Assembly: GCF_016433145.1 (NCBI RefSeq)
Contig: NC_058135.1
Span: forward strand, 193,956,742 to 194,020,741
Direction: 5' to 3'
Length of the DNA stretch: 64,000 nucleotides
Source of the DNA: Gracilinanus agilis
Lineage: Eukaryota
Part shown: positions 25,176-37,469 of the stretch, piece by piece
Layout of the letters: each line of letters begins with the position of its first letter
Position numbering within the stretch: the stretch's first letter is position 1
Notes under the pieces: generated by a model
Told to the model about the DNA's origin: nothing
Seen by the model: only the letters and a program-made list of their open reading frames with translations
The model's database searches: none
Made by a program: the position numbers and the translations under genes

Positions 25176-25596
25176 TTGCATCATCTACCTCACATGACTG
25201 CTATAAAGGAAGTTGTTTTGGAAACTGTGGAGCACCCTATAAATGGGAGGGACTGTTTGTTCTAATAGACCCAGCTGTGAATTATTTTTTTCTATGGCTT
25301 GAGACAGAGTTCTTAATCTTTTGTGTATATATGTCCTGGCCTTCCTTTGTCAACCTGGTGAAAGCTACAGACCCCTTTTCAGAGTAATATTATTAAATAA
25401 TTGAAGGAAACACTAAATTTCAGTCAGAAGTTGGTAAAAATAAAGATGATGATTTTTTTTCCTATTGAAATTCCTATCCATGGACCTCCAAATTATGAAT
25501 TCCCATCTGGGTAATCTCTTCCTTCTCTGTCTAGTGACCAGCCTAAGGCATTTTCCCTTCTAATGTACCCTGTTACCTGCTTTCTTCAAACTGTAC

Positions 25597-25776
25597 CTTC
25601 TCTGAATTGAATGAGTAGGACCATCTCCCGATCAGATTGTGAGGTGATGTTGTCCTTTGTCACCCTCGGCTTCTTTCTTCTTCTTTCCCCTTCCCTTACT
25701 TGAACACCCTCTTTCCTAATTATTTCAGGTGCTGCTGGATCTCTGTCCTTCTCTCTTTCCCCTCTTGTGTCTTCAC
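25597..25776 (-). CDS. Candidate 180-nt phase-1/1 exon
   Basis: Acceptor ggcttttag|GT, donor AAG|gtacag; open frame EDTRGEREKDRDPAAPEIIRKEG...RRRKKPRV...LLIQFRE. Confidence 0.35.
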
Positions 25777-25939
25777 CTAAAAGCCACATTTCGAGTTTGC
25801 TGTCTCCTTATGGAATGAATGACCTTGTCCCCCAATAAGGGCATTTCATGTTTCTCTGGGCAGTAAGAGGAGCTGTTTCAGAGATGGTGGTTCTCCCTAA
25901 GAACCTCTTACAATCACCACTTGGTGGCCTCCTACTCAC

Positions 25940-26176
25940 AAGGCCAGTCTTGTTGGAACCTGCCTTTGCAAAATAAAGAATGGAAAAGAGCCCTATGCCT
26001 TAAGGGCTCCTGAGTGAAATACAGCTCCCTGACTATCCTCCTTAGGGGAGGACTGGGCATCAGCAGAGCCAGATGGTCCCAAAGCCCAGGCCATTCCATC
26101 TGGCACCAACCACTTTGAGTATGTAAGCAGAATCCATTGACCTTGGGGCAAAGTTGTTTTTTTATGGGGGAGATAC
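25940..26176 (-). CDS. Candidate 237-nt phase-1/1 exon
   Basis: Acceptor ccccttgttccctatcag|GT, donor CTT|gtgagt; open frame ISPIKKQLCPKVNGFCLHTQSGWCQMEWPGLWDHLALL...RFQQDWP; 163-nt intron to the next candidate. Confidence 0.4.
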
Positions 26177-27639
26177 CTGATAGGGAACAAGGGGACCCCA
26201 ATTCAGAACCGTAGGTTCTGATAGTCCGGTACCTAATTCTTCATTCTCCCCTTAGTTTCAGCTTTTAAAAATATCTATTAAGCAACTGTGTGAGGCAGGC
26301 ACTAAGGGAGGCACAGTTTAGATAATGTGCCAACTTAGCTCTGAGGGACCTCACAATCTAATAGGCAGATATTATGCACAAATAACTATAAATACAAAAT
26401 GATGCACAATAATCACATGTGAAAGAAGAAAAAGGGCTATTTGAGGTTGAAAAAGGGGAAAGAGAATAATTAACTGGGGTGGGATGGGGAGGTGAAGTTC
26501 AAGAAAGGAAAATGGCATGGGCTCATTTGAGAAATCTTTTTTTTTAAACCTTTATGTTCCATTTTAGAATTAATACTGTACATTGCTTCGGAGGCAGAAG
26601 GATGGCGAGGGCTAGATGATGGGGGTTAAATGCCTTGCTCATGGTCCTACAACTAGGAAATAAGTGTCTGATATTACATTTGAACCCAGTACCTCCCATC
26701 TCTAGTCATTGAGTCACCTAACTGTCCAATGAGAAAAGTCTTAAAAGGCTGGAAAATATTTTGAAAGGTGGGGATAGGGTTGAGGGTATTTTAGACATTG
26801 GGAACAGCAATGAGTAAAGGCTAGGAGGTGGAAGACTAAAGGGGCATGATAATAACTCTTATTTTTAAAGTACTTTAAGTGTTACATAGCACTTTCTTTT
26901 CAACAACTCTGTGATATAGAAGATACAAGTATAATTTTCCACATTTTATATATAAGGAATCTGAAGCTCCGAAGGGCTAAGAGATTTGACTGGCATCACT
27001 TATTTGTATCAGAAGCAGGATTCTAACTTGGTTCTCTTGACTCCAAGTCCAGCATTCTTTCCCTTGGTCAGTTGTCTCTTGGGTATAGGACAAAGCAAAT
27101 AATACAATTTGATTGCAGCATATTGATGAGAGAAGTGTGAAATAAGCCTATAAGCCTATGCAGGGTGGTGACATTGTGAAGGTCATTGAATTCCAGGCTA
27201 AACAACTTTGAATTTTATCAAGTGGGCAGCAGGGAGCCAATGACAGGTTTTTAAGTAAGAGAGCAGCATGACTAGATTTGTGTAAGATAAAGATGGATCT
27301 GGCAGAAGCATAAAGAATGAACTAGAGAGGAGGGAACAGTAGAATTAGGAAGTTTGGCTAGTTAGGGATCACATAAGTCTAGGCAGATATGAAGAGGGCA
27401 GTCATGACGGGCAGTGTTGTGTGATGGGTAAAGTACTGGATTTAGACTCAGAAAAAAATAGGTTCTAATCCGACCTCATTCTCAAACTACACGATAATCT
27501 GATGGCAAATGAATTATTCTTCAAAGGTTATTCCTCATGGTAAGATGAGGTAATAATAATACCAGTACCATCTGCCTTATAAGGGTATCAGAGGGAATTG
27601 CTTTATAAACTTTAAAGTACTATATAAAGTGAATTATTA

Positions 27640-27960
27640 GTTAGGTAATTTAGGGAATAGAGGACTTGACTTTATATCAAGAGGATCTGTATTCAAATCC
27701 AGGTTCAGGCACTTGCTGTCTGTGTAACTCTGAACAAGTCATTTAATTTCTATCTGCCTCAGTTTCCTCGATTGCAAATGGAGCATCATTATAGTACCTG
27801 TTTCCCAGACTTGTAATAAAGGTTTGATGAGATATCTGTAAAGTGATTAGCACATCTTACAACAATGACGGGTTTGGAGGTGTGTTTTGCATGATAATAA
27901 AAAAGTGATTAGCACAGTTCTTGGCACATACTTAATATTTAATAAATGCTTGTTTCCTTT
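27640..27960 (+). mobile_element. MIR carrying a 47-nt insertion (27855-27901)
   Basis: CORE motif ctgcctcagtttcctc; the insertion is flanked by aaagtgattagcaca twice. Confidence 0.8.
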
Positions 27961-28369
27961 CTTCCTTAATTAGGTCACTCTGAGTCCCTGGGTCTTTTCA
28001 GAACCTTCTTATGCTTTATGAGGCTTCTCAGAACCAGTAGGATTTCGGTGGTTCTCAACTTTTATTAAAAGAAGGATCTTTTTAATACACAGTGGAAGGA
28101 CTTAAAGGAATCACCCCAATCTTAAACACTTATTAAGTGTCCACTTATGTACTAAGCATTGTCCTCATACTGGGGGTACATATAAAAAATGAAACAATCC
28201 CTAACCTCAAGGAATCTGGATTCTCTTCAGGGATAGATGTAGTTAGTCTTTAAGTAATTCCTGTGTGCTTAGTGCTGAAACACTAGGGGTACCAAAAATA
28301 GGCAGAAGACCACCCCTACTCTTAAGGAGCACCCAATCTAATGACAGGGCTGACTTGCAAACAACTATG

Positions 28370-28760
28370 TTCAAACGAGCTACATATTGGAGAAATTGGA
28401 GGTAACTAACAGAGGGAAGGCACTAGAATTAAGAGAGATTGGGAAAGGATTCCTGAATTGACTGGAACTTGAAGGAAGCCAGTAGGCAGAGATGAAGACG
28501 GAGAATGTCATCCCCATTAAAAAGCCTGAAGGTGGGAGATGGAGTTTTTTGTTTGAAGAATAAAACAAGGAAGCAAGTGTTACTTGAGCATGGAATATAT
28601 GGTGTGGCAGGGAGGGAGTTGGTAATGAAGATGTAATATGTAGGAAGATTGGAAAGGGGAGAGGAAAGAGGAGGAACAGATCATGGAGAACTTCAAATAT
28701 CAACCAGGATTTCCTATTTGAGACTAGAGGTAATTGTCTGCTATTATTTACTAGTCCACT
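28370..28760 (-). mobile_element. L2 fragment
   Basis: cagagggaaggcactagaattaagagagattgggaaagg...gaggtaat is the reverse of L2 sequence; a similar block lies at 54350-54850. Confidence 0.7.
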
Positions 28761-29269
28761 CTGATTATATTCAGAAAAGGAAAGAAAAGGCCCAAGATCA
28801 CAAAAGTAGGATAGGATTTGAACAAACATCCTCTGACTCCAAAGCTTACTGATTTATTCTGACCTCTTTGCAAGTTAATTAACATTTTTGAACTATCCTC
28901 ATTGGCTTATGACCTTGAAGTGTTGCCTAAAAATGTATTTTGAGACACACATTAATGAATCAATCACAATTGTTTGTAATATTTTTAATAAATAGGATCA
29001 TAGTTAGCACAGAGCTCTCTCCCCCTAGCCTGTGTAGTCTGTCTTCTGACATTGTCGGGGGAATTACGGGAAGGAGAGACAGGGAAGGGAAGGACAATGA
29101 CTTTGAGACAGCACAAAGCTTAGCCACTGTCCCAAAGTTTGTTGTAGTTTTCACCTCCACCACAGTTGAATGAAATCCCATTTCTTTCACTACTTTTGCC
29201 ACAAGTCAAAAATTTTCTAGTTATAGCTTCAATCCACATGTCCATCACGTGTAAGTAGAGATATTCTCT

Positions 29270-29600
29270 CCCAGTGTTCCCATGATTTATATGGAAAATC
29301 CACATAAAATTTTTTGGTTCTCCCTTGGTACCAGAGAAGTTTGATTTTTTTTCTTTTTGGGGGTGTTTACATTGAATATATTTATGGTATCAAAAGATGA
29401 AGTATATCGACATTATGTAATACAATACCTAGATTTTATGCATTTCTGAGTTTCTAAACTTTTTTCTGTTTTGTCTGTTGGCCTTTGTATGTATCTGGAG
29501 ATTCTGCAAAACTGCGAAAATTTTCTCACTTCATTTCTTATGCTGACCTACCATATGTCAAAGTTGCAATGGCAAAAGTCATGATGTGGAAAGGATTTCA
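29270..29600. mobile_element. Marsupial Tigger/mariner-type MITE remnant
   Basis: ttttatgcatttctgagtttctaaacttttt...ttcttatgctgacc...aaagtcatgatgtggaaagg and ggaaaatccacataaaattttttgg, recalled as MarsTigger-like motifs. Confidence 0.6.
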
Positions 29601-30659
29601 AACTTCTAAAGGCCTGATCTCAAGTATTTTAAAAGTTATTCTTATAATCTCATTTAAACATTTTGCATTCCTTCTGAAGAAGGGATTTGCTAATTTCTTC
29701 CTAGTATCCTAGCCTAGATACCAAATTAAGAGAGTCTGAATTAATTTGATTCAACTCATCAAATGTTTATTATGAATCTACTCAGCTTAGCATTCACTCT
29801 ATCCATGAAAGTCCTACTCAGGTGCCTCTTTATTACCACAGGCCTGAGAGGAATAGAGAATAAAAGATTCCAATGTTCCTATCATTTATTGTTGTTTTTT
29901 AAAGAAGTATTTGATTTAGTAAGAGAAAATGCAGCCTCAAAGACTCTCGTCAGAAAAGATACCTCCCACTTGTACATTAAAATCATGTTTACGACAACAG
30001 AGACTTCTGAAATGAATTTATTAATTAATTTTGCTGTGTTGCTGACATCAAGTAAGGAGCCCAGGTCCTCTCATTCAGAAGCCTACTGATTCATCCTGGT
30101 TGAAATACTAAGTAATGTATATGTCCAAAGCATCCTCAGTTAAGAAAGAAGATGTGCCACTGAAAGTACTGGACAGCATCAGGGCCTCTTAACTTAAGGC
30201 CAGTGAACTCTGTGTGTGTACGTGTATATGTATATACATTTCAATGTAACTAGTTTCCTTTGTAATCCTATATATTTAATTTTATGTATTTAAAAACATT
30301 ATTCAGAGGTCCATAGTCTTCACTATTTTGCCAAAAAAGGGCCAAGACATACCAAAAAAATTAAGAACCTTAATCCTAAATAAAGCCCAAACAACAGGAT
30401 TCTTTATTCATGTCAAGGTTCTTCAAATATTCCTATGTGTGGCAGAGAGACAATGTGATTTAGGGTAAAAAGATTTGGGCATTAAATCAGTGGGTGCTGA
30501 TTGAACTCCTCAATATCACACTCATTAAGTTGTATGACCATAAAAAAAAAAACACACACAAAACAGTCTTGATCTGTTTCTTTACCTGTTCCCCAAAGAT
30601 AACCATACTTGCCCCATGAACCTCAGGGAATTTTTACAGAAGTTTAACATTGTTATCAG

Positions 30660-31790
30660 TGAGTAAAGTAAAGCCATGAGTGACACACTTCTCAGATGTG
30701 TACAAGACTCAAAATTAGGAGACGCAGCCAACACAGCGAATGTCATAAGATGAATCCAAAAAGATCTTGACTAGCTAGAAAAATGGTCCTGGTCTAATAA
30801 GCTTTATGAGGGATAAATGTAAAGTTTTTTTTTTAAATTTGGATTTCCCAAATCCACTCAGCTTCAAAAGTGCAGATTTGTGCTAAGAGGAATATCCTAA
30901 TCCCCTCATCTATGCAAGTTAAGATCATTTTTCCTTAAATAAGATTGAAATCATCCTTGAGATTTGGTTGGCTCTGGATACTAAAGACTTGGATTGTTGA
31001 TATCTTATCAATTCTGATCTCCTGAGGTCAAAGCAGTCACAAGAAGCTTCAGGGATCTTCTGGTGCTTGAATGGTGGATCACAATGGGCTACTCAAGCAG
31101 TGGAGATTCCTTCAGCTGAATCAAACTTGAGGTGCACTCAATGCCTTTACTTGTTGAATATTCTCCCACTGTAGCCAAGTAAATCTTTTTGGTAGCCACT
31201 GAATGACTTATGCATGATTCATTTTGTTCCAGTACCAAACCTGAGTTATCAGGGGACTGGCTAGAGTTAGGACCACCTAAATACAAGATTGATGGATACA
31301 CAACTAGATAACAGTTCTTTTGAAAAATATCTGGAGGGTCTTAGCAATTGTCAAGCTCAACATGTGTCAAGTTCAATATAGTCCCCAGAAAAGCTAATGA
31401 AGTTTTAGCCTGCAGGATGAGACACCTAGTGTCCAGGACATAGGGCACTGCCACCCCCTGCCCTGATCAGGCCATATTTAGTGTACTTTGCTCAGTTCTG
31501 GTTGCTGCCTTTTAGGAAGGACACAGAATACATATCTGTAATGCAGGATTACTGCAAGAATCTCCATCAGGAAGAAGAGAAGGGCAACCATGAGAAAGAG
31601 GGGATTTGAGATGACAATCTATGAGAGTCTCTTTGAAGAGATTGAAGATGTTTAATAGGTAAGGAAAGGGGTAATGACATGAGAGCTGACTTTAAGGATT
31701 TGAAGGTCTGTCATGTGGAAAAACAACTAGCCTTCCTTTTTCTTTCTATTGACCTGGAAAGTTGAACCAAAAGTAATGAGTGGACACTAT
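30660..31790 (+). mobile_element. L3/CR1 3' fragment interrupted by a ~400-bp insertion (30878-31278)
   Basis: ccaaaaagatcttgactagctagaaaaatgg...ggataaatgtaaagt (IQKDLDRLEKW...DKCKV-like); continues as aagctcaacatg...aaagctaatg...ccctgccctgatcaggcc. Confidence 0.75.
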
Positions 31791-32519
31791 GGGTCTCATA
31801 ATGCAGCCTTAAACCTCATTAACTTTTTCTGATTGCCATCGTGAACTACTGATTCATACTGAGTTTGCAGATTACTAAGACCCCCAGATCTTTTTTCCAA
31901 ATGAACCATTATTTACCCATGTATCCACCTGTCTTATTTTTGGCTAGACCTGATTCAGGCCATTTTCCTGCTAGTTCAGTTATGATGATGGAACAAAACA
32001 AGAGTAAAAAATCATATTTAACAAAGATTTTAGGCTTAGTATATGGGAAAATAGCATAACAATTAGAGCTATTTAAAAGGGATAAGACCTAACTAGAGAG
32101 GAAGGGAGCTCCTTCTCATTGGAGGTCTTTCAAACTTTTGTGTTTGTATCCTCAGCAACTGGCACCATTTATGGCAAATAGTAGATGCTTAATAATTGTT
32201 TATTGAATTGAATTAGAATCCAAGAAAAAGCTAGATATTTATTGTTGGGGATTTTGTAAGACAGAATTGAGGTGAAGGTTGAGCTAGAATGTCTCTGAGA
32301 TCCCTTTCAAGATTGTGTGGTTTTGAAAAGTGCTTTGTATAGGTAAGATGATTTATAAATGTCAGTTCTTTGCATTATTAGTGACTGCCTCAAGCTAGAA
32401 ACACTATAAAGCCACTTAAATGAAAACTATAGCAATGTATAACAAACTGGTCTAACTCTCTATACTGGGAAAAGAAAATCAATGAAAACCACATACAGCC
32501 CAGACCATGACATGCACTA

Positions 32520-32690
32520 GATGGGCAGTTTATCAAATTAGTCCATCAATATGCATATCAATATATACAGATGGACAATGAGCTGGGTCCAGAATTATTC
32601 AGGAGAAGGAAATAAGGCTGGATTGCATTTGGAAAAATGATCACTGCTTTCAATGATTCTAAATGGCTACTGCAGAATCCATTTCTTTGT
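32520..32690 (+). mobile_element. RTE LINE RT fragment
   Basis: cagatggacaatgagctgggtccagaatta...gctggattgcatttggaaaa encodes an MDNELGPEL...AGWIAFGK-like motif. Confidence 0.7.
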
Positions 32691-32699
32691 TGTAGAAAT

Positions 32700-34690
32700 T
32701 ACAAATACCTTTTCCCCTCAGTGTACAGACAGAGCCCAAAGGAGATTATTCTGCCCTCCTTCAATATTCTGTATGTTTCATGAAGGTAGTTTGACTCAGA
32801 TAATTTGAACTACCCCAGGGGAAGGAGAGAAAGAGACAGTGGGCTAGAGAAGGAGGTGCTCTCCCTATGTCTAGGAGACTCTAGCACAAGCAGGAGACAT
32901 AGCACATAAGTATTGATGGAGACGGCAGTAAGCAGTAAACCACGAGCTGACATGAATCTTGGAGTCTTTTTTCCTATGAGACTTGAAACTGTGGGGGGCA
33001 GTGGGCTTAAGAATAATGGAGGCAATCTGTCCCAGAGGTCTGTGTATAACTAAAAACACATCTTTGTTCTTCTTCCTATAGACTAGTTACTAAAGAGATG
33101 ACCCTTTGGTAAAGAGAATGAGTGCCATCTCTTAGAGGATGAGTAGGATGGCAGAACTTCGAAGGGCAACAGACAAGCCCTGCAGAAACTGAGATCTGAA
33201 GAAAACAGAACAATGGATGACCACAAGGGACCAAATAATGCATAATGTTTGCTCAAATTAGCGGGAGGTGAGAATCTTTAGATAAAAGCAATGACAGAGA
33301 GATCATGGAGGGAAGCGCCAACCTGGAAGAGCAAGTTTTGACCATTCTGCTGAAACCAACCGAGGGCAATACCGTAAGTCACTGAAAATATTCATCTATC
33401 TTAGGGAGGTTTGCTGGTCGGTGAGTAGGACACATGGGTGTTCTGTTCCTCCTTAAGACTTCAGAAAATTTCCAGGTTGATAGGGTTAAGTTACAAAGAT
33501 ATTGAGGTTAAGGGCATACCTCACTCAGATCACATTTGCACCCTTGGAGAGGTGAGCCCCTTTCAGATGCGAATGGATCATACTGGATCTAATAACAGAT
33601 GGGAAACTTTGGGGAGCTCATTTGCACAGGAAATAGCCTTCGAACCGAAACTCTCAGGAACAGAACTGGAAAGATTGCCAGTCTAAGGGAAAGGTTTCTG
33701 CTCCTCTGCAGCAGAGATTTGCCCTAGCTGAGGACTGAAACTGAGCCTGAAACTAGAGGTAGTAGAGACTAAAGCTGTCTATCTAGGAGCCAGGCCAGGG
33801 AGCAGATCAACAGATCCAAAAGAGATATCAGCCTTGTAAGCACCCTCTTTCTGCTCCTCCTCCTCATCATCATCATATCTAGCATTTATATTGCTCCTAA
33901 TTTATGCCAGGCACTTTGCTAAGAACTTTACAATTATCTTATTTGTTCCTCACAACAATCTTAGATAGAAGATGCTATTATTATCTCTACTGTACAGATG
34001 AAGAAACTGAGACAAACAAAGGTTAAGTGACCTGTCCACCTAGCTAATAAATGTTTGGGGCCACACTTGAACTCAGGTCTTCCTAAGTTTGGGCCCAATG
34101 CTCAATCCATCTAGCTGCCTTAGTGTAAGATTGGTAAACCTACCAAACAACCATCCAAGATAGACACCACATTAAATTCATGATGGCTTCAAAAGGAGAA
34201 AAGACCAGAAGAGCCTTGAAGAAGCTAGAAGAGTTCTTGAGCTGTGAGTTTTTCTTTCCACATATGCTCTCATTAAATATGTTGGATTACCACTATACTT
34301 CAAGTCTGTACCCCCAAGGGTACTTTTCTCAAAGAATTAGTGTGTATATATCGGAAATCTCAATCAACTAAGGTTGGTGGAGGGATGTTTCATAACAATC
34401 ATTCTTGTTATGTCATTTGAGAAAATGACTTTGTTAAAAGCTAATTGAGTCTACTGGCTGATTGTTAATGGGATGCAAAGTGGTGGAGGTTCTTGAAATG
34501 AGTAGTGTCACAACATTTTATGCTTGAACTCCAAGAGTGGTCAGCCATATAAAGAGCCAACTGATGAGTTTAAGTGCAAGGTAGAGGAGTGGTTCAAAGC
34601 TGAGTCCTGTCTGCTTCCACTGCTTTCTAAATAAAATGATTCATGTTTTGAGCTTTGAAAACCCATGTAAGGTGTGTTAGTAACTTTTGT
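32700..34690 (+). mobile_element. Nested LTR/ERV-leader cluster with an inserted SINE (33850-34120)
   Basis: Motif shared with the 6641-7500 LTR; element end ...gtcacaaca at ~34522; TATAAA (34548) and AATAAA (~34629) in the outer part. Confidence 0.5.
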
Positions 34691-35049
34691 GAGCTTCAAA
34701 TAATGGATCATTTATTTGGGGGATATGAAACGAGGATATTATTTTGGGGATATTAGAATTAAAAATTCTAATAAGTGTCCCTAGACTCTGGTTTAGACAA
34801 AAGTCTCTGACACAAAGGTTATTTGTACCTTTATCACCAATTTTCTTTCAGTAGTGATATGCCTGATACTCATCAAACACTTACTACAGTCTCAGAAGAA
34901 TTACAATTCCAAATAATCCAAAGAACAACTGAAAGAACTATAGTGTGCACATGTGAACTTAAAGCACATTACCCAAGATGGTTTACATCCATAAAATGAT
35001 ATAAAACACACAAAGATATATATATAACTAGAAAGAGGTCAGTTAGTCA

Positions 35050-35260
35050 TATAATAAGAATAAAAGAAAAGAGATGGTCAGCCCGAGTTGCATATAGGTA
35101 ATCCTAAAATGTTAGAAGAACAAGAGGAAGAGCCACTTGGATATTCAGTAGATATTCTACAGAGAATTTGTGGGAAAACATGGACAAGAATTTCCCAGGC
35201 TGAGAGGATATGGTGGGGTGATCATCTCCACCATCCATCTGCACAGATGGAATCATGGAT
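35050..35260 (+). mobile_element. RTE 3' fragment
   Basis: gagaatttgtgggaaaacatggacaagaatttcccagg. Confidence 0.6.
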
Positions 35261-35729
35261 GTCCTAAAGGGGTACGGGTAGAGCACTGTCAGACACCAGG
35301 ACAGAGATGGAAAAGATACAAACATTGCCTTTATGGGGCTTAGAATATAGTTTTAATGAATGAATAAATTAATTCTCCCCCCCCCTCCATTTAGAACTTG
35401 CTTTGTGTGGGGGACAAAAAATAAAAGGCAATTAATTATTTGGAGGAACCATTGGACAATAAATTAGGAGAATTGAATTATAGATATGATTTTGCTTCAC
35501 TAACTTGGGAAAGCAGCTTCCCTTCTCTAGCCCTTGGTAAACTCATCTGAAAATTGGAGGGAAGGGAGACTAGATGGTTTTTAAGGGTTTGGGGTAGCTC
35601 TGTAGTCTCAGGAGTTCTCTAAACTGGTGTGTCTAGTCCCCATGAAAGACTTGGTGAGGATGGGACATTATTCACTAAGTGACTTCCATTCCGGATCCAT
35701 AGTGTTTTCCAAAGCACAATATAAGGGCA

Positions 35730-35965
35730 CCACTGCTGTTTACATATTAATATAAATCATCTGGGCCTCAACAAGCAAGTCTGAGTAAACTTGTGTTTAA
35801 TGTCAAGTTTATATTAATATTTGCATTAACAAGATTGATAATTTACAAATTTACATAACAATACATATGTAAAGGCTGAGCTAAGTTTGGGTTTACACAC
35901 ATTTACATAATGTTTACAGATTGATTGATTAGACAAACTTGGGCATAAATCTGAGTAAACCACAG
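35730..35965. promoter_or_regulatory. Candidate forkhead/bZIP/ONECUT enhancer cluster
   Basis: TGTTTAC at 35737 and 35911, GAGTAAAC at 35783 and 35953, GTTTAC at 35891, TTACATAA at 35851 and 35903, octamer ATTTGCAT at 35819, ATTGATTGATT at 35920. Confidence 0.5.
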
Positions 35966-36439
35966 GCTGTTGTTCCTCCAGGCGAGGGAGGTATCCTATG
36001 TCTTAATAAATGGACTAAGCTTTACTTAAGTCCTCTATTATAACCTTCACAGAAGATTTGATATTTTGTGAAAAGTAATTTTAACTGAAAAGACTAAGAT
36101 GAAATCATTGGCACTCTTTCCCCCCTTAATCTCCAGCCTGTCTTTGTGAGAAAAGTAGATGCCTGTGCTTAAACACTGCTCTGGCAATGATAAAAACTCA
36201 GCCTCGGGCAGGGAAGCCAGAGTTAAGGCTTTTCCCCTCACGATCTTATAGAATCTTTGGACAGGCTGGGACCTTGAGAGGTCATCCACAGCGCAGCCGG
36301 ACTCGGGCAGACCTAAATCTGGACCAGTCGAGACAATGCAGTCTTACTAGTAACCAGAATTTATAGAATACTTTAAAGTCTGCCAGTTTGCAAACATATG
36401 TATGTATGCATGTAATATGTATATGTAAATACACCTAGA

Positions 36440-36780
36440 TGGGTATAATTTTCTGGTACTACTTTGACAAAATGTTTTCCTCCTTTTCTGGGATGCTTAA
36501 ATAGATCTGTTACTTCACTGATGGGAGCATTGCCTCCATGAATACAGATTGCAATCCATCTATGCCTGAGCCAGATTTATCCATGATCTTCTACAAGGAA
36601 GTCCTCCCAATGTGGTAGGGCATCCTCCTTCATTGAAAATGTGAAGATAACAATGCAGGATATGGATTGTCCATTGTTTAGTGCTTCCTCTCAACATGTG
36701 ACTACATTTTTCTCTCATACATTTCTTGGATGACTATATTTACCCCACTTCTCTGTATTGCCCTATTTATTTATAATATG
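36440..36780 (-). mobile_element. RTE 3' fragment
   Basis: ctccatgaatacagattgcaatccatctatgcctg...atccatg is the reverse of the RTE 3' end. Confidence 0.65.
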
Positions 36781-36784
36781 TTGT

Positions 36785-36787
<3 letters not shown>

Positions 36788-36821
<34 letters not shown>
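36788..36821. repeat. (CA)n microsatellite
   Basis: Read directly from the sequence. Confidence 0.95.
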
Positions 36822-36823
<2 letters not shown>

Positions 36824-37469
36824 CTCTTTATGTTATTCTTTCCCCCCTGGGTACTAATTTTCAATTCTTTAAGAATTGAAAACCCTGCAGTTTGAGTGCT
36901 ATTATTCTATTATTCCCATTTTATAGACAATAAAAAGAGCTTGGAAAAGTTAAATGATTTTCCTGGTTGCACAGGATATAAACGAAGGGTTCTTAACTTT
37001 TTCCTTTTTGTCCCATGGACCCTTTTAGCAGTCTGCTGCTCAATGGACCCCTTCTCAGAGTCATGTTTTTAAATGTGTAAAATGAAATGCATAAGATTTC
37101 AAAGGAAATAAATTCTATTGAAATAAAAATGTATTTTTTTTTCCTTCTGAAGTTCACAACCCCCTTGAAATCTTTACACAGACTCTTTAAGTTTCCTTTA
37201 AGGGTCCATAGACCTCAAATTAAGAATCCATGAGCTCTGTCTTGACTCTAAATCCTGTGGTTTTCTGGGGAAATAGCTTTGTATAATAGTTTGCAGAACA
37301 TTTTCACATGCAATGTCTCATTTGACCCTTAGAAAAACCCTGTGAGGTCTTGCAAGAAGGGCAAATTTTTTTATCTCTCATTTTATAGATGAAGAAATAG
37401 AAGTTAATTATTAGTAAAGCATTCTAAGGTATAAGATCCTTGTTTTTATCAGATACTAGAATACTAGAC

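Noticed and set aside
26203-26221. 8-bp stem with a triloop (Roquin CDE-like on the minus strand)
   Set aside because: It is intronic in the candidate model, and stems of this size are expected by chance in 64 kb.
28940-29256. Plus-strand frame with an in-frame TGA continuing to a gtaagt donor (selenoprotein?)
   Set aside because: The acceptor is poor, there is no Sec-type motif or SECIS, and the donor abuts a Tigger remnant. The same applies to the frame at 24664-24830.
31089-31301. 70-aa ORF with an acceptor, as a possible exon
   Set aside because: It lies in an insertion within an L3 element and the acceptor is formed at the junction; the donor is weak.
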